A stretch of DNA of 32,000 nt from contig CAZXEQ010000002.1 of the NCBI GenBank assembly GCA_964640155.1, positions 1-32,000 on the forward strand, given 5' to 3'. Below, one piece after another: positions 7,472 through 14,412 of the stretch. Made by a program: the position numbers and the translations under genes. Origin of the DNA: an uncultured bacterium (lineage in GTDB: Bacteria; Auribacterota; JACPWU01). Within the stretch, counting starts at the first letter, position 1, and each line of letters begins with the position of its first letter. Below the pieces are notes generated by a model. It did no database searches. It had not been told where the DNA came from and saw nothing but the letters and a program-made list of their open reading frames with translations.

Positions 7472-9139
7472 TTATCGATTTCTTGAAACTTTTTCCAATT
7501 TTCTGGCAAGGAAAAGAAAGAAGATTAAGCACAAAAGAGGTTCAAAATTAATCGGATGAGAATTCCCTGAAACCGGGCCAATGGTCCCACATCCTCCTCC
7601 TCCACCATCTCCTCCCCCTTTAATACTGCTGATGGTACTAAACCAAGTCTGTGCAATAATGCTATTTCCCGTAGCATTGAAATGAACATGGTCTACATAC
7701 AATGATCTAAAATCTGCTCTATCTCGAATAGCATTATAATTCTCCACCAGGCTAATACCTTTTCGCCCAGCCATAGCTCGAATCGCCGCGTTGGTATGTT
7801 TTACCTTTCCACTATGACCATCCAAACGAGGTGTAATGGTTGAAATAATGGGTCTAGTTCCAAAAGAAATAGAGCGATCTACCATTCGTTCTAAATTAAA
7901 TGTGATCGATTCTGGAGAGCGTTCATCACCACAATCGTTGGTCCCTTCCATCAGAAGAAGAAATTCCGCATTTGCACTATTGAGAGCACCGTTAATACGG
8001 TTTAGACCTGAGTTCGTTCTTTCTCCTCCTCGCCCTCGATTAACGACAGAAGAGCCAGGAAATCTACCATCCAGCAAACCTTGCAAATGGGGAGGATAAC
8101 CTCCTTGCGTAATACTATCTCCAAAAGCTAAATAAACATTGGGCTGCCCTGCGGCCCATGCTTCATTGATAGAAACATCAAAAAACTTCTTCAAACTCAA
8201 AAGAAGGCTCCCTGATGAACTTGCTGCAGAATCTCTGAGAAGAAGATGAATTGCACCTTTTTCTTGATTGTTGGTAAACCAAGCCCACTCAGTTCTTGAA
8301 ACACTTTGATTTTTCCAAACATCTAAAAATGTCGATTCAAGAGTCACCGAAGTTTCAACTGGACTAGTCCATGATTGCTCACTCCACTGGCTCAAAAACA
8401 CCTTTCCCCCCTGATAAAAAAGAAGAGCAGGATTTCCATTCTCAACTCTTAAAGAAGGAAACTCCACCGATGAATTTGGATCTTGAAAAAGAGCTATTTC
8501 TTCACCCCACTCTTTTCCATCCCATATTTTTTGAAAAAGTTGATATCCCTGACCATTAAAACCACTCCAAACCGCGCAAACTTTACCATCAAAAGCGAGA
8601 ATCGCAGGATCTATATCAGGACTTGCGTCTGGAAGATTAAGTTTTTCCCATCCAGACCAACCTGTAGATGTTTTTCGAATCCAGTAAATTTCATCATAAG
8701 CTCCTATATCGACTCCTTTTTCTTCGACGCCACTTGCCAAAATCCATGGCAGCCCTGCCTCATCCAATGTAATTGAAACTTGGGAAAAACGAACCCCTTG
8801 AAGATGACCTACTGTTTCTTCAGGTGACCATTCCATCCCATTCCATTTGGATAAAATGATTTCTTTGGCTTCATTTTTTTCTCTGACCCAAACAGCCCAA
8901 ACTTTTCCTTCTTGATCAACAGCGATAGAAGGAGAAGAATCTGGAGCCTGATTGCTTTGATGAAGACGTTCAGGTGTTGACCACTGTCCTGCCTTTTGAT
9001 GACTATAATAAATATCCAATTCTTCCCCTTCTGATCCAGCCCAGACCATCCATGAATCCTTCGGGGTGGCCTCTGCCCACATGTTTGAAGAACTTATCAA
9101 TATAAAAGCACCTATCAATAATCGTAAAAAACCTTTCAT
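7472..9139 (-). CDS. Secreted repeat-domain + SGNH/GDSL hydrolase with a Gly-rich, TM and basic C-terminal tail
   Basis: A signal peptide is present ('MKGFLRLLIGAFILISSSNMWAEA'). About five ~50-aa Trp-rich repeats follow ('P.IAvD..GkvWaVW......I..S.W.G..WS.PE'). All four SGNH blocks are intact: 'LAFGDSITQGG', 'GRGGERT', 'MEGTNDCG' and 'DHVHFNATG' (about nt 7640-8140). The tail reads 'GGGDGGGGGCG...INFEPLLCLIFFLFLARKLEKVSRNR'. Confidence 0.8.
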   Translation of the reverse strand: MKGFLRLLIGAFILISSSNMWAEATPKDSWMVWAGSEGEELDIYYSHQKAGQWSTPERLHQSNQAPDSSPSIAVDQEGKVWAVWVREKNEAKEIILSKWNGMEWSPEETVGHLQGVRFSQVSITLDEAGLPWILASGVEEKGVDIGAYDEIYWIRKTSTGWSGWEKLNLPDASPDIDPAILAFDGKVCAVWSGFNGQGYQLFQKIWDGKEWGEEIALFQDPNSSVEFPSLRVENGNPALLFYQGGKVFLSQWSEQSWTSPVETSVTLESTFLDVWKNQSVSRTEWAWFTNNQEKGAIHLLLRDSAASSSGSLLLSLKKFFDVSINEAWAAGQPNVYLAFGDSITQGGYPPHLQGLLDGRFPGSSVVNRGRGGERTNSGLNRINGALNSANAEFLLLMEGTNDCGDERSPESITFNLERMVDRSISFGTRPIISTITPRLDGHSGKVKHTNAAIRAMAGRKGISLVENYNAIRDRADFRSLYVDHVHFNATGNSIIAQTWFSTISSIKGGGDGGGGGCGTIGPVSGNSHPINFEPLLCLIFFLFLARKLEKVSRNR

Positions 9140-10080
9140 CCTATCTCCTCCTTAATCACATAAATAGATTTTTTCTGAGACTCGTGATACGTTCTGATTT
9201 GTATTTCTGCTAAAAGACCCATAGTAACGAATTGAAACCCCGTAAAAATCAGCAGCACTGCTAAAAGCAGAAGCGGCCGCCCCCCAATTGCTTGATTTAA
9301 GAACAGTCTTACAAAGGCCAGATAAAGACCAATGACGAAGCCTGCACCCCCCGTTAAAATTCCGAATAGACCAAAAATCTGAATGGGTTTTGTTGAATAA
9401 CTTAAAAGAAATTTAACAGTAATGAGATCCAATAGAACTCTGAACGTTCTGGAAATCCCATATTTGGATTTTCCTCGCTTTCGTTCTTGATGGCCGACTT
9501 TGACTTCTGAAACGGTCACCCCCATCCAACTCGCAATGGCAGGCAAAAAGCGATGCATTTCACCATACAATTCCAAATTTTTAGCTACTTCAGCTCGAAA
9601 AGCTTTCAGAGTACACCCATAATCATGGAGTTTTACTTTGGTTGTTAAAGAAATGAGGCCATTGGCAAGCATAGAAGGTAATCTTCGGTTAATAAAAGGA
9701 TCCCTTCGGGGATAGCGCCACCCACTGACAATATCAAAGCCCTCATTCACTTTATCTAATAATTTCCCAATATCGTTGGGATCATTCTGTAAGTCTCCAT
9801 CCAATGTAACAATAATTTTTCCACAACTTAGATCAAAACCTGCTTTCATCGCTGCCGTTTGACCAAAGTTCTTTCGAAATCGAACCAGGCGAATACGAGC
9901 ATCTTGCCCCTTGGCCTGTTTAAGGAACTCCCAGGTTCGATCTGTACTACCATCATCAATGAGAATAATCTCGTAAGAACACCCCAATTTATTTAAAGCC
10001 TCTTGAACACGAGGAATAAGCTCAGGGATATTCTCCTCTTCATTCATGAGAGGAATTACAACTGAAAGATCAAGATTCAA
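9136..10080 (-). CDS. Polyprenyl-phosphate glycosyltransferase, GT2 (GtrB/ArnC/DPM1-like)
   Basis: 'LSVVIPLMNEEENIPEL', 'IILIDDGSTDRT', 'RKNFGQTAAMKAGF' and 'LDGDLQNDPNDI' are followed by two C-terminal TM helices. The start is TTG at 10080, preceded by GGGAG 9 nt upstream. The stop overlaps the SGNH start as ATGA. Confidence 0.85.
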   Translation of the reverse strand: MNLDLSVVIPLMNEEENIPELIPRVQEALNKLGCSYEIILIDDGSTDRTWEFLKQAKGQDARIRLVRFRKNFGQTAAMKAGFDLSCGKIIVTLDGDLQNDPNDIGKLLDKVNEGFDIVSGWRYPRRDPFINRRLPSMLANGLISLTTKVKLHDYGCTLKAFRAEVAKNLELYGEMHRFLPAIASWMGVTVSEVKVGHQERKRGKSKYGISRTFRVLLDLITVKFLLSYSTKPIQIFGLFGILTGGAGFVIGLYLAFVRLFLNQAIGGRPLLLLAVLLIFTGFQFVTMGLLAEIQIRTYHESQKKSIYVIKEEIG

Positions 10081-10239
10081 GGCAAAAAACTCCCTTTTTG
10101 TTAAAAAAACAATCTACAAATTTTAGGTTAAATAGGCACCAGTTTATCATGAAATTCTCTAGATGGATAAAAAAAGATGATGTTTTTAGAAAAAATCGCA
10201 GGAAGGCAAATTTTATATAAAAACCCTTAAAAACATGAA

Positions 10240-10255
10240 AATTCTACATCATAAT
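10240..10255. repeat. Direct repeat copy 1 (AATTCTACATCATAAT)
   Basis: This 16-mer is identical to 10465-10480, and the copies start 225 bp apart. Confidence 0.9.
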
Positions 10256-10299
10256 CGTTCTATTCACATGCAACTGTTACAGTCGAGATGGTTATTCAT

Positions 10300-10434
10300 G
10301 TTCATTAGAGTGTAAGGACCATTGGAGCTCTCAGCCTCGCATGGTACCCCGATGTTTATCGGGGTGAGCGAGAGCTCCTTTGAGTTCATTTGACTCGCAG
10401 GGGCAAATGAACGTGTCCGAACGCTCTGATGAAC
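10300..10434 (+). ncRNA. Candidate structured RNA or mobile-element core (multi-helix junction, class not recognised)
   Basis: The outer helix pairs GTTCATTAGAGTG (10300-10312) with CGCTCTGATGAAC (10422-10434). Next come GGAC (10316-10319)/GTCC (10415-10418), then hairpin GGAGCTCTC (10324-10332)/GAGAGCTCC (10370-10378), which carries the apical CCCCGAT-GTTT-ATCGGGG (10347-10364). A second hairpin pairs GTTCATTTG (10384-10392) with CAAATGAAC (10404-10412). Two positions in the outer helix are G-U pairs on the plus strand but C-A mismatches on the minus strand, which weakly favours a plus-strand transcript. Confidence 0.35.
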
Positions 10435-10464
10435 AATACTTATAGGATAGGTCTGAGGCAGGGC

Positions 10465-10480
10465 AATTCTACATCATAAT
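10465..10480. repeat. Direct repeat copy 2 (AATTCTACATCATAAT), covering the last three codons and stop of the 1006-aa gene
   Basis: On the minus strand it reads ATT ATG ATG TAG AATT, which is ...I M M stop of the ORF 10469..13489. Confidence 0.9.
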
Positions 10481-13400
10481 TTCGAGATTTCCAACCTCAG
10501 CACGGTTATCCTTGTACTTTAAATTGGATTGAAGAATATTCCAACGCCTGCTACCCACCTCATACAAACCTATCTTGATCTGATAATTTTCTAAAGGGAT
10601 ATTCGTTGGAATAATCATTTTATGCTCTTTGATAAGGAACTGCCTATCCAAACCAAAGGAATGAACGTCTTTGCCTAAAAGCTTATGATCTGCCTGAAAA
10701 AATTCATTTTTGCTTTCAAAATGCAAAAAGACTGCAAGCTTGTCAGAAGCACGTTTATGATTTAATCTCCATAAAGATCTTATCCGTATTTCTTGTCCCC
10801 TCTTGCCAACACCAAGCGTAGATAAAGGCCAAACGATAGAGGGAACTTCCTCTATCTCTTGAGAATCCAACAACTGAAATCCTAATAATTGTGTCTCGTT
10901 CTCAAACTCAATCCAGCTTTTATCTTTCGAAGGAACGCTCTCAATCCAAAGCCTGCGCCGATCCTGTCTAGATTCATGAAATCTTCCTAATCTTTTTAAA
11001 GATCTAATTTTTCCTCGTCGGGCCTCTTCATGATAAGGATTATACAAAAGAGCTTTTTCATAATGAACAAGGGCGCTTTGAAAGTCCCTGGACAAAGATT
11101 TCTGCTTGGCTATATTTGCATGATTTAAACTACGTTTCGAATTAATATGAAGTAATCCAAATCCAATCCAAAAAAATCCCTTGCTATTCCCCAGAAAAGA
11201 CTGATGAGCAGAGGTCCATTCCTTAAAAGAAAATACTGCATGTCGTCCAAAAATTTTTTTCTCAAGTTCAAAACCAAACTCATGAATCATTCTAGAAAAA
11301 TAATTTTCATCTTCAATTGGAATAACAAAAGCTGTTTTAGGGCCAAAGTGAACAATCGGAGAAGGAATTCCTGCCATTCTGTAATGGGAATCTGTATAGG
11401 AAGGATATGTTTTTATTTTCCCCATTGTTTTATCTTTAATTTTTGCAGAAATCCATCGATCTGCATAGACAAAGTCAAAGGGATGGCTCATAAGATAATT
11501 CATCAAATCATCTATTTTCTCCATTGAAGACATTTCAAGGCCTAAAGGCTCATATATAAAGATTTCATTAATCCCCCAAAAAGAGCGATGTTCGCTTTTT
11601 TGAGAAAACCGGACGTATCTAGCCTGTACAGGAGAAAATCGAATTTCTAATCGATAAAGTTGAGCCCACGTGTAGAGGCGTGGTCCTGACCAATAGTAGC
11701 TTAAAACATTTTGTGAATGATCCAACTGGGCAATCTTTTCCCAATGAACTTGATCATGCGAGACTTCAACTTTAATATTTGAAGGATAAAACCGATGGTG
11801 TCCAGGTTGATGAAAAAGGCGAATCATTCCTAAAGAATGGGTTTGTCCTAAATCTAACTGAAAAGATTCTTCTTCTTTCGCTAAATTTTCACAAGTCCAT
11901 ACTGTATCTGATGAACGATCAAAGGCATGACCCCTCATTCTTGCATTTTCTGTCGTGGAAACCGTCCATTGATCAGTCAATATTTGTCGGTAAAGGGGCA
12001 AAGGTTCTTTGAAATCATAATAAATATGGAATCCTTCAACTTCTTTCAGACTGGCCGATCCTCCTAAATATTTAAGAGCTTCTTCAACCTCACGACTTGA
12101 ATACTTAAAGATAAAAGCCGGGTTGTCAGAATTCTCTACTTCATTCTGATAAGGATGATGCTTTTCCCCTTGAGGAGAGCAAAGGATGACCTTTTCATTC
12201 GATGCAAAGGTCATTCTGGGACCTAAAGAATATTCTACAATCCCCCTATTGATCCCCAACTTTAAAACAGTATCGGTTAGCTTTCTTACAGTCGCTTCTT
12301 TCACGCTTTCTATAGAATTTGATAAAACGTATCTCTGAAGGTTAGGAATCTGTAAGCCCATGAAGCTTGCCAATAAGAGGATCGGTGCCCATCTAGCCTT
12401 CCCTCCCAACCAGGCAAGAAAAACTCCCACAGTCATAGGGATGAGAGAAAATAAGGGAAGAAGATATCTTACAATACCCCGAAGACCCAATTGCGAACTA
12501 CTATAGATAAGTATGAAGAAAAGAAAAAATAGAAGAAGAATGGATGAGCCAGAAATATCCTTTCTGTAAAAACTGCCTAATTTAAGAAAATCCTTCCCTG
12601 CCTTTCCCAGAAAAAAAAGAAATGAAATGAGATAAAAAATAAGGATGCTCCAGAATAAAACGGAGAAATTTTTGTCCAGGTAAACTGCATCCAAAAAGGA
12701 TGGAATATCTTTTAGAAAGAGCTGAGAAAGCCCTTCTTTTAAATGATCAAATCTAAATCCTCCTGTAAAACCTCCTAATCCTTTACCATGTATCACATGA
12801 AAAATCCAAAAAGGCAAACTTCCAATAACAAAGCCTAGGAGACTCAAGATTCCATTCAAAAAAAATATTTTTGCTTTCTGTGTTAGAAGTATAAATACGG
12901 CTGCTGTAAGGATATAATAAATGGTTAAAGGACTTGTCCACCAGGAAAACCCTGCAGCCCAACCAACAAGAAAATATAGCAAGGTTCTCAATCTCTCAGA
13001 TTTTGTTTTTAAAAGATATACCGCAAGCAAAAGAACAAGACTTCCAAAAGTCAATGTCTCGATATATCCTCCCTGAGGATTAAGACCATAGTCCAACAGA
13101 AATCGCGGAGGGACAATACACCACGCAAGCGTCCATAGACCTACTTTCTTATTAAACAAGTTTGAACTCAATAAATACGTCACCAACATAAAGAGAGCAA
13201 AAAATGTTAATGGAGCGTAAGCCAATACCTTCGTGGAGATGCCAAACCAGTCAAAATAGACTGCACTCAGGAAAGATTCGATTGTTCCAAACCAATTTTG
13301 CCCATAGAAAAAAAAGGGAAACTCCCCTTTTAAAAAAATATTTCTTCCCATTAATGCAACCGTGTAATGATCTGGGCTAGACGTAACAGGACGTAATTCT

Positions 13401-13489
13401 AATAGAAGAAGGCGAAACAAAACGGCAATAAAAACTAAAATCAACGCAGTTATATCCAACCGATCTACATAAATTTTTTTAATTTTCAC
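10469..13489 (-). CDS. GT-C (ArnT/PMT-like, polyprenyl-phosphate-sugar dependent) membrane glycosyltransferase with internal discoidin (F5/8 type C) domain - paralogue 1
   Basis: The 1006-aa protein has an N-terminal ~400-aa polytopic region carrying 'GEFPFFFYGQNWFGTIES'. The discoidin-like block runs 'FDRSSDTVWTC...FQLDLGQTHSLGMIRLFH...VEVSHDQVHWEKI...ARYVRFSQ...INEIFIYE' (about nt 11545-11930). A TPR-like 'ALVHYEKALLYNPYHEEA' follows. The C-terminal module 'LAVFLHF...FQADHKLL...YQIKIGLYE' is common in GT39-type proteins. The start is GTG at 13489. Confidence 0.75.
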   Translation of the reverse strand: MKIKKIYVDRLDITALILVFIAVLFRLLLLELRPVTSSPDHYTVALMGRNIFLKGEFPFFFYGQNWFGTIESFLSAVYFDWFGISTKVLAYAPLTFFALFMLVTYLLSSNLFNKKVGLWTLAWCIVPPRFLLDYGLNPQGGYIETLTFGSLVLLLAVYLLKTKSERLRTLLYFLVGWAAGFSWWTSPLTIYYILTAAVFILLTQKAKIFFLNGILSLLGFVIGSLPFWIFHVIHGKGLGGFTGGFRFDHLKEGLSQLFLKDIPSFLDAVYLDKNFSVLFWSILIFYLISFLFFLGKAGKDFLKLGSFYRKDISGSSILLLFFLFFILIYSSSQLGLRGIVRYLLPLFSLIPMTVGVFLAWLGGKARWAPILLLASFMGLQIPNLQRYVLSNSIESVKEATVRKLTDTVLKLGINRGIVEYSLGPRMTFASNEKVILCSPQGEKHHPYQNEVENSDNPAFIFKYSSREVEEALKYLGGSASLKEVEGFHIYYDFKEPLPLYRQILTDQWTVSTTENARMRGHAFDRSSDTVWTCENLAKEEESFQLDLGQTHSLGMIRLFHQPGHHRFYPSNIKVEVSHDQVHWEKIAQLDHSQNVLSYYWSGPRLYTWAQLYRLEIRFSPVQARYVRFSQKSEHRSFWGINEIFIYEPLGLEMSSMEKIDDLMNYLMSHPFDFVYADRWISAKIKDKTMGKIKTYPSYTDSHYRMAGIPSPIVHFGPKTAFVIPIEDENYFSRMIHEFGFELEKKIFGRHAVFSFKEWTSAHQSFLGNSKGFFWIGFGLLHINSKRSLNHANIAKQKSLSRDFQSALVHYEKALLYNPYHEEARRGKIRSLKRLGRFHESRQDRRRLWIESVPSKDKSWIEFENETQLLGFQLLDSQEIEEVPSIVWPLSTLGVGKRGQEIRIRSLWRLNHKRASDKLAVFLHFESKNEFFQADHKLLGKDVHSFGLDRQFLIKEHKMIIPTNIPLENYQIKIGLYEVGSRRWNILQSNLKYKDNRAEVGNLEIMM

Positions 13490-13526
13490 AAGGAATTATC
13501 CAAAGCCAAATATTTAATTTTGAGCA

Positions 13527-14402
13527 TTAGATATAAATCAATGTCAAACAAATTACAAGCCACAAAAAAATATCTAGTTGAAGCGCAAAATCACAATATA
13601 AAACCTGCGTAGGATTATCCCCCATCTCTTTTTGATGAATCAGATAAAGATAACGGAAAATACCATAGATCACAAAAGGGACTGTAAAAATAAGTCGATC
13701 TGTTCCAAACCTCATCTGAACATCTCTAGAAACCGTGTAGAATGCGTACGTAACCACTGTCGCGCCTGTAATCACAGAAATCAAAGAGTCAATAAAGGTG
13801 ATACTATATTCTGAAAGTACGTGACGATGTTGTGATGCTACATGCTTTAAGATGACCATTTCTTGACGACGCTTACAAAGGGCCAAAAATAAGGCTAAGA
13901 GAAACGTGCAGAGCAAAAGCCAATTTGAAATATTCACATAAATCACAACACCTCCCGCAACAGCTCGTAACACAAAACCCATTGCAAGAAGCATCACATC
14001 TAATATCACAACACGTTTGAGACCAAAAGAATAAATCAATTGAATAAACCCATAACCAAGTAAAACAAACAAAGCACCTTTCCCAAGACCTAATCCCATA
14101 AGAAAAGAACCCATCAACAGAAGTCCCGAAAGAATACGTGCCGTTCTTTTAGAAACAGTTCCAGTAGCCAAAGGGCGAAAGCGTTTGGAAGGATGTTGTT
14201 GATCTTCTTTTAAATCCAAGAAATCATTCAAAATATAACAGGCACTGGATATCGCACAAAACGCAAAAAAAACAATGCAGACCCGAACAAAAGAAATTTG
14301 ATCAAAAAGCTGCTCTGAAAAAATTAATGCTGCAAAAACTAGCAGGTTTTTTATCCAGTGCTTAGGGCGTATGAGTTGAAACAAAGCTTTAAGATTCATC
14401 AT
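13527..14402 (-). CDS. UbiA-family polyprenyl-phosphate phosphoribosyltransferase (decaprenyl-phosphate 5-phosphoribosyltransferase/Rv3806c-like)
   Basis: The membrane protein has about 8-9 TM helices. It carries 'NDFLDLKEDQQHPSKRFRPLATG', which matches the NDxxDxxxD-x-HPxKxxRP[IL]AxG signature I recall for the DPPR-synthase subgroup. I prefer the ATG at 14402 (MMNLKALFQLIRPKHWIKN), which has AGGAAA 8 nt upstream. The track start at 14510 would overlap the upstream gene. Confidence 0.75.
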   Translation of the reverse strand: MMNLKALFQLIRPKHWIKNLLVFAALIFSEQLFDQISFVRVCIVFFAFCAISSACYILNDFLDLKEDQQHPSKRFRPLATGTVSKRTARILSGLLLMGSFLMGLGLGKGALFVLLGYGFIQLIYSFGLKRVVILDVMLLAMGFVLRAVAGGVVIYVNISNWLLLCTFLLALFLALCKRRQEMVILKHVASQHRHVLSEYSITFIDSLISVITGATVVTYAFYTVSRDVQMRFGTDRLIFTVPFVIYGIFRYLYLIHQKEMGDNPTQVLYCDFALQLDIFLWLVICLTLIYI

Positions 14403-14412
14403 CGCATGTTTC

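Noticed and set aside
7836-8776. Antisense ORFs lie inside the SGNH gene (7836..8099, 8371..8559, 8483..8776). Similar internal or antisense ORFs occur elsewhere, for example 50..274, 2487..2996, 4300..4537, 11204..11527, 11779..12012, 18462..18932, 22894..23702 and 28647..28901.
   Set aside because: All are embedded in longer ORFs that have clear family motifs. They have no motifs of their own and show the skewed composition expected from reading AT-rich coding DNA in the wrong frame.
10426-10432. CTGATGA, the hammerhead ribozyme core heptamer, occurs on the plus strand inside the structured element.
   Set aside because: The heptamer forms the 3' strand of the outer helix. I could not place a GAAA box, a UH cleavage site and three helices in the required circular order around it.
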